Program-made: the position numbers and the translations under genes
Notes under the pieces: model-generated
Seen by the model: the letters and a program-made list of their open reading frames with translations, nothing else
Told to the model about the DNA's origin: nothing
Database searches by the model: none
Shown here: positions 48,690 to 62,000 of the stretch, one piece after another
Layout: every line of letters starts with the position of its first letter
How positions within the stretch are numbered: the first letter of the stretch is position 1
Assembly (NCBI GenBank): GCA_043228905.1
Contig: JBHGNT010000015.1
Coordinates: 18,476,001 to 18,540,000, forward strand
Direction of reading: 5' to 3'
DNA: 64,000 bases
Origin: Azolla caroliniana
Lineage: Eukaryota; Plantae; Polypodiophyta

Positions 48690-49200
48690 TGCCAGTTGTT
48701 TTGGCATAGTTTTATCCTTTCAGCGTAGGCCAAGGTCATTTGTTTGGCATGTTTCTCCTTTCAGCGATGCCTCATGGCACTTTGGTTTGACATGGTTTAG
48801 GCCATTTGTTCAGCTGATCCAAGCTGGCAGTTGTTTTGATATGGTTTTATCCATTCAGAGTATGCCAGGTGGTAGTTGCAAGGTATGCCAAATGGCGCTT
48901 GTTTAGATATGGTTTGATCCAATTATGCAGCATATGCCAAATGGCAGCTGGTATGGTTTTATGGTTTTGATATCCCAAACAGCACTTGTTTTGATATGGT
49001 TTTATCCATTCAGAGTATCCCAGGTGGCAGTTGCAAGGTATGCCAAATGGTACTTGTTTTGATATGCTTTGATCCAATTATGCAGCATATGCCAAATGGC
49101 AGGTGGTATGGTTTTATTTATTCAAATTTCAGCCTATGCCATGTGGCACTTGCTTTTTCTCATTCACCAAATGCCAAATGGCACTTGTTGCAATGGTTTT
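48690..49200. repeat. Tandem repeats (about 155-bp unit plus shorter subunits) just 3' of the RNase Z stop
   Basis: TTGTTTTGATATGGTTTTATCCATTCAGAGTAT..GCAAGGTATGCCAAATGG at about 48831 and 48986; TGCCAAATGGC recurs. Confidence 0.8.
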
Positions 49201-51569
49201 TTATACTCCCTGTTTTTTCCCATTCAGCTTATGCCAATTGTCTAACAATGTTCATATATTGTCAATGTATAATCAGGTTTTACATGATAAGTCTTGTGTT
49301 TGGTTTGGGAAAAAAGGCGCCCTCATTCATCACTACAGGGCTAGTTGAATTCTTGAGCTGTTTGGTTGGAAATGGTTTTTGGAGGAATTCTGATTGAAAG
49401 GTATTAAATTGTCCCAAATTCCTATAAATTTGTGGTGTTCTGTGTTACCCCATGCATAAAATTGAGTCTCATGCCTTCATCCATAAACTCGGAATGTCAA
49501 GGGGGCACGAGACAGACATTCTTGGGAATATGCTAGAACTTCAACTACTAAGCTTATAACATTAGGAATTCTTTGACATGTGAAAGCATACATGATGGAA
49601 AAATGTGTAGCGCACCACATTAGTTATCTTATAAATGCTTTGTTTTTATAAAAGCTTTGTTATTTTCAATAATTTATTTATCTTTTTCTTTATCTTGTTT
49701 GGTTTGAATATCCTCGTGACGATTGTAAAATATTGTTGTTATCATGCTTTGTTCTGAACTTCCATTATTTATATGTCAAAACTCAAAATATTTGCAAATT
49801 AAAGGATTGAATGCTCTTGATAGGGGGGGCACATTGATTTGCCTAGTATTCTCCTCTTCTATACACATTATTATGTTTATTAGTTTGTTATTAAATAAAG
49901 ATGATAGTACAACCCTTGCTATCTCCACTACATTAATAGCGATATGGCAAGGTAAACCCTCTCATGTGTTGTAAATTGTACATAAATCTACCTCATCTTG
50001 GGAGTCGGACAACATACCCATACATCATAATTGCAAAAGTGGCCAAATAAACTTCCTTTTCATCCTAAGAAGTTGTGTTACCCCATGAAGTCCAAATAAG
50101 AACCCATTTCTATGGTCCAATTAAACCACATGCCCCAATACATAAGGTAGTCAAACATGACTTGATATGATATGTTTATTAGTTCTCTCTCTCTCTCTCT
50201 CTCTATGTGTATATGTGTGTGTATGTGAACTCTTGATTGTAACATGTAAAAGTGACATGTTCATTTGTGCATTTCAACATGGTATGTCTCACAAAGGCGG
50301 TACAAGTTGCATCATACCCTTGTGCAAGTAACATAAACAATTATTAGACAACATGGGTAGCTCTTTTGTGGCAAAGTTGATAAGACAGCTTAATTGCACG
50401 AATTCTTTCAAGGGAAATTATTAGAAACATAGTAGAAGCCAGCTTAATTACATGGGTTGAGAAAGAGGGCTTCTAAATAAGTTATGTTTTAAAAGTACTA
50501 TAGAACACCATGATTTTGTTACTCTTTGAGTGCTAATAGGAGAGTTGTTTGAAAGTGGAAGAATTATATTGTTAGTTTTTAGACGTAAGGAAATCTTTTA
50601 ATATTGTGCCTTATGAGCATCTTTGGTGACACATTAAAGAATTCATTATACCAAGTGCTTATATGCTTGCACTTATTTGTATTCGAGTCGATCTCGTGTC
50701 ATGTTTGTAGGATAAATGCACAACATTTTACTACAATCAAGTTTGTGTTCTAGTTGATCTTTTGTCATGACCAAACATATAAAAGAGATCAACCTTTTTT
50801 ATATTAATTCAAATAACCCCCTAATAGCGATCTCCAACCTTGTCCATTAAACTATCTCATTAGATGAGATTATTGTAGCAATCCATACATAACCATGTAC
50901 ATACTTGAATTAATATTGTGATACTAATGATAATATGACATCCCAACAATAACGTTGCATGATCTCTAAGTGGCAATCATGTGAGATAGCTAGGTGGTGA
51001 TCATGCATGAGTTCAATATTATATGTGGGACTTATTTTTGTAATTAAATAAATTTGGCCAAACATCAAATCTTGTAATTGTCTCTTGTTAACACATATGT
51101 CTTTCTCGAGTCAATATTGTTCTTAGTTTTTGTCGTTCACTTTGGTCCACTCTTATACACGTTGCTCTCATTATCAGAATTTGCACTCTTGATTGCAATC
51201 ATATCATATTTGACCTCTAAAGGTGATAATAAAATCTATCTTATACATTATATTCATGTGTTTTAGGATTTTTGTTGGAAGTAAGGGTTTTTATGTTCTG
51301 GGGTTTCTTACTACAATTTAGGAGTTTGTGATATATTCTAGGATATCTTGTTTCTTTGTTTGCTCTATTTTAGGGTTTCTTCTCATGATTTAGGGTTTCC
51401 ACTTGTTTCATTTTAGGGCTTTGTTCACAATTTTTAGATTTTCTTTCTTGTCATTTTTTTAATCATCCCTTTTCTTACATTTTAGGCTATTTTTTATGGT
51501 TTGTTTCTATTTTGGGTTTGTTGCATGCTTGGGATTCTTTTCTATTTTTTCTCATATGCATAAGTAATC

Positions 51570-54500
51570 ATCCCTCTCATCTTGAGAAGAGAAAGAAAAC
51601 TGAAGATTTGCACTCCACCAAGCTAGATCACTCTTAAGGTAAGCCAGCTGGAAGTACCCTACTTCTGTGATTGTAGTCGCTCAAAGTGGAATTTCTATCA
51701 AATTGGCCTCGATCGTGCTTTACCAGGTTAGACACTATCTACTCATTTGTTGTAACCTCTCAAAGCAAATCAAGCCCTAGGGAACAACCCCAATCCGTGC
51801 TTTTTGGGTTGAACGACATTCGGGAGGACCAGTCGGCTCGGTCCCTCTCATCATTGCCGCCACCCGAAGTAGGATCGGCCTAGATAATCGGCACAAAATC
51901 TGTGATCGACATCTCGAAACCTAGTCGAATCAGAAGTTTTGCTTACGACTGAGGAATCGAGCACATGACTCTTGGACTCGGGTGCATCCGGCCATGTGAC
52001 CCCTCACAGATCCCAATTTTGGCAATATTCGGCCCGACACTCCGACTCAGTACGAATAAGAAACTCACAACACTGCCTTATCATTGGAATTGGCACTATA
52101 GAACTTAATCTCCCAGGTGGTTCTACATTTGTACTACACAAAATTTGACATGTACCTAAGCTCTCAAGACCTTTGATCTCATTCAGACAATTGGACGAAG
52201 ACGACATCCGTGCTGGCTTCTCATCAAGAGGGTGGACACTCCACATGGGGAACCTCCTGCTTGCTCGAGGATCGAAACTATTCTCTGTACCCGCTATATG
52301 TCACACTCAGAGAGGGTGACTTATTCCTAGTTGATATTCCTGTGTCATCATTATGGCATGGACGACTCGGACACCTCAACAAGGCCAACATCACATATTT
52401 ATCTAGAGCCGGATACATCCCCAAACTCTCATTCTCTGATCATCAATTCTGCGAGCATTGCCAGTATGGCAAACAGATAGCCGCATCACACCTGACAACA
52501 ACACTGAGAGAATCGAGTCCACTTGATTTGGTCCACTCGGATGTTTGTGGCCCAATGCCACATCAGTCTCTCGGTGGTGCCTTATACTTCGTCAATTTTA
52601 TCGATGATTCGACTCGGAAGGTGTGGGCTTATCCGATCAGAACCAAAGATCGGGTGTTCTAAATGGCTCGCAATGGTAGAGAATTAGTCCAGTCAAACAC
52701 TCAAATGCCTTATAACCGACAACGGAGGAGAGTTTAAGTTAGAAGAATTCGTCGGATTTTGCCGACAGCGCAACATCAGATGTGAATACACGACACCACA
52801 CAGTCCGGAGCATAACAGAATTACCAAGTGAATGAATCGAACAATTCAAGAACGGATAGTATCCATGCTCCAACACTTTGGACTATCAGATGACTTCTGG
52901 GCAGAGGACCTACTTACGACAATACACATAATTAACATGTCGCCGAGTAGGCCTCTAGGACTTCCAGTACCTCAGGAATTATGGACCGACAAAAAGCTCA
53001 GGATTTTCGGATGCGAGGCATATGCCCTCATACTAAAAGACGACCGCCGCAAATTAGAACCGAGGTCTAGGAAATGTATTTTCCTTGGCTATGTACTAGA
53101 CGGCGAGATCGGATACCAACTCTGGGACCCCGAGCATAGACAGATCGTCCGAAGTTTGGATGTAGTGTTCAATGAGTCGACTATGCACAAGACGGTCGAA
53201 AGGCCTATTAAAGTTTGAAGGGTAACTTTCTCAGATGTGCCAACCCATAACATGAGGTTGTCTTTAAGGGTAGCCAAATCCTCCCGAACCGACCGAAGGG
53301 TAACTTTCTCAAATGTGCCAGCCTTTCATGATGTCCCAGCCCATAACACGAGGTCGGCTTCACGGGTAGCTGAATCCTCCCGAACCGACCCAACAACGTC
53401 CGACTCGGCACAACCGAATGATTCAGCTTTAGACCATTCGACTCTGACACCTTATGTGACTAGTCCAGTCATACCTCGAAGATCTGAGAGACTGTTGCAA
53501 GCCCTAGAGAAGTACTCTCATGGAGTCTTCTTCACCGACGCCGCAGAACCAACGTCATACAAAGAAGCATCGACATCAGCCGATTCCGCCACATGGCATC
53601 TAGCAATGGAGTTGGAAATGAACTCCATTCGGGCAAACAAAACGTGGGACTTGGTCAAACTACCAAAAAATCAACGTTTTCTTCTACGCAAGTGGGTCTA
53701 CAGATTAAAAGAGACGATCGATTCGGCCACCCCAAAATTCAAGGCCAGACTAGTAGCAAAGGGTTTTTGACAGGAATATGGCATCGACTTTGACGAAATC
53801 TTTTCACCAGTGGTGAAAATGACCACCCTTCGATTCCTACTTGACATAGTAGCAGCCAAGGACTTGGAGTTGATTCACCTAGATGTTAAAACGGCTTTCC
53901 TCCATGGTGATCTTGAGGAGTAAAATTTATCTAGAGCAGCTGAAAGGCTTCATGGTATCCGGCAAGGAACATCTAGTCTATTGACTTAGAAAGAGTCTTT
54001 ATGGCCTGAAGCAGGCACTGAGACAGTGTTACAAGAAGTTCGACGACTTCATCCAATCAGTCAGCTCCATAAAGAGCGATGAAGACCACTGCCTCTTCAC
54101 CAAAACAACTCGAGATGGGTCTCCCATCTTACTCATCATCTACGTGGACGACATGCTACTCTCCTGTTGGCATACTGGAGAACTCGCTGAACTTGTTCAG
54201 CAACTGTTGTTGAAGTTTGTCGTGAAGGATCTCGATCCAGCAAGACACATTCTCGGGATGAAGGTAGAATCAACGACAACTGTTTCTATCTCAATCTGAC
54301 TATATTGGACGTGCCTTAGAAGGCTACAACATCCAATCGGCCAAATCGGCTTTGACCCCATTACCCATTAATCTTCGGTTGTCTTAGCGAGATTGCCCAA
54401 CATCCGGTCCGGAGGGGGAAGCTCTGAAGTCGGTAACGTATGCAGATGGTTGCGACACGGCTTGACATTGCTCACACCGTCCGAGTCGTCAACAGATTTA

Positions 54501-55555
54501 TGCATAATCTCGATCGATCGCAATGGAATGCAGTTAAGCATGTGTTCAGATACCTTGTGGGCAGAAAAGACTATGGCATCCTATTTGGCCCGAAAGAAAC
54601 ATCAAGCGTAGTCAGTTGCACCGACTCGGACTTTGCCGACGTGTGGAAAACTGAAAGTCAACAACCAAATATTGCTTCAAATTTGGCAATGGAGCGATCT
54701 CATGGAAGTCGAAGCGTCAGGAGTGCATTGCTACATCAACAACCAAGGCTGAATATGTAGCCATGTCCGGCTCGGTAGGCTAGCATGCACGTTTCAACAA
54801 GTCGAATCCGACTCGGCTCCAATTGTTTACATCGACAATCAGGGTGTTGTTGCTGAAAAATCCAATTCATCACAATGCCTCCAAGCATATCGACGTTCGA
54901 TATCACTTTGTTCGAGACTACATTATTTTAGTGAAATCGGCCTTGAGAAGATACCTACAACCGACAATGTCGCAGATGGTATGACCAAGTGTCTTTCCGT
55001 GGATCAATTCTGATCCCTATGGCACCAGATGGACATAGAGAAGAATCAGTCGGACATTCAGGACGTTCACGGACAATCGACATCATCAATTCGAAGCTCG
55101 GCTTCAGTTCTTCCGACCCCGGCCAACTTGACCTTCTGTTCTCAGATTTTGTCGACTGGAATAAAGCTGATATATTCGATAAATTTGTATAATCTGTAAT
55201 TCTTATTTATTCCTTTTTAAAGATTTTTGTTGTATACGCCCGTTACGGTGGAGTGTCGAATACTGGTCTATAATGGTCGTATTCACATTGTATCTTGGAC
55301 AAAGTAGGTTTAGGATAATTCTGGAAATATGTCAAAGGGTAGTTGCCCTAGCCTAGTTAGTATATAATGGGCTTTGTAACCTAGCTCATAAGGTTGTTGC
55401 TATTGTAAGAGAATTATTGCCTTCATTTTATTGTAACTCTAATATTCTTGGAATAAGACTGTTACATTGTGTGCCTAGATCTCTCTCTCTCTCTCTCTCT
55501 CTCATTCTGTTCTTTGATCTTGCTTCAACTTGTATACTCGGTGACCTTCACCTCA
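51570..55555 (+). mobile_element. Heavily degenerate Ty1/Copia (gag remnant, PR, integrase, RT, RNase H) with 3' LTR 55254-55555
   Basis: LLDSGASGHVT, LWHGRLGH..CEHC, HSDVCGP, KARLVAKGF, YVDDML, KHIDVRYHFVR; LTR TGTCG..CCTCA after a purine-rich GGTGGAG. Confidence 0.88.
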
Positions 55556-55559
55556 AGTT

Positions 55560-56740
55560 GTTGTTGATGTTTCCGCACTGACAGCCTCAGTTCCCAATAG
55601 AAAGAAGAGGCATACAACAAAGCCCTTCAAGTGTACACAGAGTAGGCAGCAGGCCACCTTCAAGAACAACAAAAGCAAGTGACCGAGGCACGACACGAGG
55701 AAGAGGAGCATCACATAGCAGCTCTTCACATCCAAGCCGACCAAATGATTGAAACAATGAAAATAGCAGAGGAAGGCTTCCAAAGATTGCTCACAGTTAC
55801 CATTGAAGACCATAAGTTAGCTCTCCAAGAAGCACAAGCACAATACCGACAAATACAAAAGGAGCACGACTCGTTGTTGGTCAATTTCAACTGACACCAT
55901 CAACAATTTCCCGACCTCCAAATTCACCTATAATAGACATGTCATTGAGGAAGCCGTGTTTCGGTTAGCACGATAGCTAGAGCAAGAACACAATCACTGC
56001 TAGGATCAACTCACGGAAATGAGGGCTCAAATGGAAGCTATGTACGCCTAACATGCCGACTTCGCCAAAGACTTGCAAGAGTTTCGAGTACAAAGCGAGA
56101 TGTGCAAAACTCGGATTAAGGCTTTAATAAACAAGCATCGACAACAATTGTACTCATGGATTGATGAGGCTCAGTCACGCAAATGGAACGAATGGTCCGC
56201 ACAAGCGCCCGAATTACAAATATTCTGCACAGATCACAAGAACCGCAAAAAGGAGGGTCGAGGATTTTACAAGATGTATGATAATAGCATCCAACTGCTC
56301 CGAGAATACCTCATCGAAGAATTATCCTCCCTCGCCCAGACACACACCAAGGAAGTCAAGAAAATCCTCCAGGACTTCGACGACGAGCAACTGCAACTCG
56401 CCCTCAACTTAGTGTTATGAACAGGAGCGACTCTAGGCCGAAACCGATGCCCCAACACAAGGAGAGGACGAAGTTTCCAGAGGAAGCCCGAGCGAGCACA
56501 TGGAAACACTATAAAAAGAGGCTCGCCGATACACTAGGAGTTGGAGCAAGACGACTTGGTCGACCAACACACCGACCTAGCCGATGCACTCAAGGAACCA
56601 GCCCTGGAGGAAACACCAATTGAGCAACCCATAACAGAGGAGCCATGCACATAGGCTGAAAACTCAGCCAAATTCATTGACCAAGCAAATGACTCGCAGC
56701 AGTCAGCGAGCATCTTACCCATTCTTGAAGAAGAATGATG
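55560..56740 (+). pseudogene. Decayed coiled-coil/acidic ORF of unknown identity, probably a TE accessory ORF
   Basis: E/Q/K-rich helical segments in ORFs 55679-55894 and 56073-56420, broken by stops. Confidence 0.35.
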
Positions 56741-56806
56741 TATATTAATAATTTCTGATTCCTTCGATTTTTTTTATTTTCGAGTTGGGTTCGATGTGCA
56801 AGGTAC

Positions 56807-57238
56807 TGTCCCACGGGCGTGCTAGATGTTACCTAGTGTGACAAGTGTGAAACGAAGCAAAAAGAGCCGAGCACTGGCAGCCGAACAAGGAAGCCAAACA
56901 TTAAGGAAGGAACGGGTGGAAAAGCGCAAAGATGAAGGGGACTATTTATATCCGGTATTAGCGAACACTGAAGGGGGGCAGAGAGTAGGACAGAAATAGA
57001 CAAATACAGAGAGAGAGATTTACCGAGAATACTCGGTACTTATATCTATGTGTACACTTAATCGAATATATATATACTTTGTGGGTAACTTTGATGTTCA
57101 GTCTCGTCTAGATTCATCTATCTCTATATACACATATAAGTTCAGTCTGTGTAAAGGGCATATCTAAAGATCGGTTGTAGCGGATCCCACAACATATCCT
57201 TCTTATCCCCAAGGTCGTAATCCCACCCGAGTGGGACA
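56807..57238. repeat. LTR-like element with 8-bp terminal inverted repeat TGTCCCAC/GTGGGACA
   Basis: TG..CA inverted ends, TATA-like and GA-rich tracts; no matching TSD. Confidence 0.5.
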
Positions 57239-57370
57239 ATCCGAATAACGATCCCAAGTACTGAGAAGTAATATACCCTGTAACAACTCGGCTAACGATC
57301 TCGGCAAGGCATCATGACCTCAACCCTCCTTCTCACCATAATACATGATCCAATTACTCCGGAGAGGTAA

Positions 57371-57545
57371 TTGAAGGTGTTTTCTCTAGGAGGGAGTGAC
57401 ACTCGTCCAATGGAGATTGATGTGGCATGCCACCAAGGTCCTTCGTTTGAAGCAAAGAAACAACAACGTCAAGCAAATCGACTTTGCCTATATTGTGGTG
57501 GCTCAGGACATATAGCAATACATTGTCCACATCGACCAAAGAGAC
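57371..57545 (+). pseudogene. Tcn1-like gag zinc-knuckle fragment
   Basis: PMEID...RQANRLCLYCGGSGHIAIHCP. Confidence 0.75.
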
Positions 57546-58016
57546 AATTATATCAAGTATTGTTGAGAATTTTGATTCATTGTGGTTGTAACACCGTCCT
57601 CCCCTGGACTCTGTGTTACAAAAGATTAACTCAGAAATCATAAGCAGCTTTTGGTGCTCTAAGCAGTCCCATAGAGGTATACGACTCTTATCACTAGAGA
57701 AGATATGCACTCCATGACTGAGTAAAGGGCTAAATATTCTTAATTTGCATTTGCATGTGTTGGCTAGAAAAGCTACTTTATTCCCAAAATTTGCTGAAAA
57801 AACATTGCCTTGGGCAAGCATGCTATCTGATATGTTTGATCATTTGAAAACCAAGTCATTTTACTAACCATTGGGATGTAGTGTTTGGAAAGCTTGACGG
57901 GCACATCAAAGGTTGTCCGTTTAGCTCAACGCTTCTAAAGCACTGGAAGGAAGTATTGTAGTTAGCATTTTTAAGCAATCCCTTAGGCAATCTCTATTTG
58001 ATTGTCTGCAACTTAG

Positions 58017-58435
58017 TGTCACGACACAATGACATAAAATACATAGCTGGTGAGGATTGAACCTACAACCTCACATCAACAAGATGTCATGCTCCACCAT
58101 TTTGATATGAGCATGCATTTGAATATAATAGTTTAGTATTCTATAGTTTAACGTATAGTACATTTTAGAATCAGAATATTCTAGTCATTAGTATACTCTA
58201 GAAATATTTATGGTATATTCTAGAGATATTTCTCGAGTATATTCTAGAGATATTCAATCTCAGAACTTGTATAAATACGTGTAACCTCCTTGGTCCCTTT
58301 CAGGGGATTCAACACCAATCATTGACACATCAATCTAGTATTCTTGTTTCGCCTCATCTTTGTCTCCTTGATCTTTATTTCAATCTTCATGCCCTCATGT
58401 TGCTTACAACATCTAGAGTTCTTAGCCTTGTCACA
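58017..58435 (+). repeat. Tcn1-like LTR (approximate ends)
   Basis: TGTCAC..GTCACA ends, TATTCTAGA repeats like the LTR at 6516-6884, TATAAATA near 58270, CT-rich 3' part. Confidence 0.6.
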
Positions 58436-58688
58436 TCTAGCTCCAAGTTCATCCGTCGCTCGTAGCCCCGTCATCTGTGCTCTGTCCTAGTCCGCGCTTG
58501 GTGTGTCCGAGATAGTGCCCCATCGGGAATTGGAACTGGAACACAAACGGGCATGAGTGACCATGTGCGGTTCTCACCTAAGAACTGGAACAACAACAGG
58601 CAAATGAGTGCACATGAAGCGGCCGACTCGACTTCTTCTATCATGAGAGGGTAAATAGTTGAGGTTGACCCAAAACACAACACAAACG

Positions 58689-58994
58689 TGTTGGGATTAC
58701 GGTCCCTTCAGATGGGATGGTCGGATGTCGGAGATGAATGCCGACAAGCCCGGTTTCGGTTTCGGAACCGGATGATGAAGACCCCGACTTCGGAGCCAGA
58801 TGACGAATGTACCCGGAGAGCGATCCGAATGCAGGGACATATCCGTGAATATGTTTGCTATGGGCCCCTGAGGCTATAGTTGTAAATAGCCCCAAAGTCA
58901 TAGATGTATAAATATGACTTAGGGCAAACTGTTTTAGTGCTGCTGATCATTTTTCTGTTTTTCCACTCAAGAGGAGTGAAGAGGGAACAGCCGT

Positions 58995-59025
<31 letters not shown>

Positions 59026-62000
59026 CGCGAGAGAGGAAGAGGACGACGCCTCTGTGTATTTTCGCCGCCTGTGGCGAGGACAGCGAGCTCAAGGTCGTCG
59101 CCTTGCAGCTCGCCATTGTATACTTCTCTTTGTATAGTGTTGGTTTGGAGTCTTGTACTCCCGTGGTTTTTCCCATCTAGGGTTTTCCACGTTAATCCCT
59201 GTGTATTCGTGTGTTTCTCTCTTTGGTTCCTATTTTCTGCTGCATTGATTCGCGATTACTCGGTTGTGGCCGAGCGGTGAAGGTGAATCGAAGCGTCGAT
59301 TCCCAACAATCTGGTATCAGAGCGAACTGCTGCAGAAAATGGAAGGCGGCGGCAGCGGGCAGCCGGGGATGATGGTGCTGAATGCGCAGAATTACGCCGA
59401 CTGGAAGATCAAGATGGAGGATCTTCTGATTGTTCGAGACCTGTATGAACCGATTGACAAGTCGGAAATACCGAAGGGGGTACTTGAGTCGGAGTGGAAG
59501 CTCCTGAACCGGAAAGCCGTAGCGACGATCCGACAATATGTCGATGTAAGCGTCCTACAACATGTGGCGAACGACACCAACGCATATGAGATGTCGAAGA
59601 AGCTGTCGGGCCTCTACGAGAGGAAGAATGCGTTGAACCGGACCTCCCTGATGAGGAAGATAGTGAATCTCAAGTACCGGGACGGCGAGAGTATGGTGGA
59701 ACACGTAAGCACGTTCATGGGATTCGTGAATCAGCTTGCGGCGATCAAGTTCCCGTTGGAGGATGCAATGCAAGCCATCATCCTGATGTGTACATTGCCG
59801 GAAAGCTGGGAGAACTTGGTGGTGACTCTCAGCACCTCCTGCACCGAAGATAACTTGTCCTTACAAACGGTAAAGACAAGTATTTTGAACGAAGAAGCGC
59901 GTCGGAGAGATAAAGAACCGGCCTCCGACTCGAAGGCGCTGCTTACCGAATCGGATCGGGGAAGACAATGGAACCGGAGTCCGCAAAGACGGGAGAAGTC
60001 GGGGACCCGGTCGCAGTCAAGAGGAAGGCCCACATGCTTCCACTGTGGGAAGCCGGGGCACTTCCGAAAGAATTGTCGGCATTACCGAAAAGACAACGGA
60101 GCCGACGACACCGATTCGAAGAAGTCACCGGAGAGAAACGGTGCATACCGGGGAGCCACGGACCGGAGAGGTTCGGATCGGCGAGGGCAGGACCGGAAAG
60201 GAACAACGGCACTCGCGGCAAGTGAGGAAGAAATCATGCTCATCACCGAAGAAGGTGAACTAAACATTGCCGGCGATGAGACGACCTGGGTGGTCGATTC
60301 CGGAGCATCGTTCCACCTGACCCCGGAGAGAAGATACTTCTCATCCTACACAGCCGGTGAGCATGGCTGTGTTCGGATGGGGAATGAAGGTACGTGCCGG
60401 ATTGCCGGCATAGGAGACGTGTGGTTGACAACCCCGACCGGATGCAAAATGCTGCTGAAGGATGTCCGACACGTTCCGGAGGTTCGATTGAACCTGATTT
60501 CGGCCGGGAGGCTAGACGATGAAGGCTACACAGGTAGCATCCGGAACGGCGTAATGAAGTTCAGCAAGGGGAGCCTGATAGTGGCTCGGGCCCGGAAAGA
60601 CAACACACTGTACCTGATGAATGCCCGGTTATGTCCGGAAGAGCTGAATGTGGCAGCCGACACTGCCGGTGAGCTGTGGCACAAAAGACTGTGCCACATG
60701 AGTGAGAAGGGGATGAAGAGGCTTGCAGAAGACAACCTTATTCCAGTGAAGCATGTGCACCTGGAGAAGTGCACCGATTGCCTGGCCGGTAAGCAGAACC
60801 GAACCTCCTTCCACTCAAGGCCACCGACGAGACGTAGCGCACCATTGGAGTTGGTGCACACTGATGTGTGTCAGGTAGAAACGAAGTCACATGGCGAAGC
60901 CCAGTACTTCGTAACATTCATTGATGATCACAGCCGGAAGCTGTGGACGGCACCGCTGAAGACAAAGGACCAAGTGCTGTGCGTCTTCAAAGAACTCCAC
61001 GCGAGAGTAGAAAGGGAATCCGGCAAGAAGCTGAAAGCGATACGAGCGGATAACGGAGGGGAATACCGGGGGCAGTTCCAGGAGTATTCTCGCTCGAAGG
61101 GAATCCGGCTCGAGTTTACTGTGCCGAAGACGCCGGAACTAAATGGGCTGGCCGAGAGGATGAACCGGACCATAATGGAGAGGGTCCGGAGTATGCTGGC
61201 GCATGCGAAATTACCCAAGGGGTTTTGGGCTGAGGCAATGTCGACGGCGACATACGTGATAAACAGATCACCCTCAGTACCTTTGGACGGAGACACGCCG
61301 CAGAAAGTGTGGACCGGTAAGGAAGTGTCCTACCGGCATCTGAAGGTGTTCGGGTGTCTCGCATACGTGCATGTGGCAAAGGACCGGAGAGGAAAGCTAG
61401 ATCCAAAGACCCGGCCATGCATATTCCTCGGTTACGGCGACGACGAGTTCGGCTACCGAGTATGGGACCCGGTCGACAAGAAGATATTCAGGAGTCGAGA
61501 CATCATCTTCATGGAGGACAAGACACTCGCCGACTGGGAGTCGGAGAAGAAGATGAAGAGCTCCAAGTCGACCGGTGAGGATCAACTCTACGAGGAGCAG
61601 TCCCGACCGGCAAGGGACCGGTTAGCACTCGAGGATCCGGCCGAAGACGGTGAAGAAACAGAACCGGCCGAAGAAGATGAAAATGATACCGGAACCGGCC
61701 CCGATCCCGAAATGGATTCGGATGAAGAAGAATCGGAAGAACCGATTACCGAAGCTCCGGAACGGAGATATCCTCTAAGAGAGAGAAGGGCCCCCCGGAG
61801 ATTTCCGGAACCAGAGCACGTGCTGCTAACCGACGAGGGGGAGCCGGAGAGCTTTGAAGAAGCAAAACATGACACCCAGAGCCGCAGGTGGTTGAGTGCC
61901 ATGCAGGACGAGATGGATTCCTGCATGAGAACCACACATATGAACTTGTGGAGTTGCCGAAAGGAAAGCGGGCACTTCGAAACAAGTGGGTGTTCAAGCT

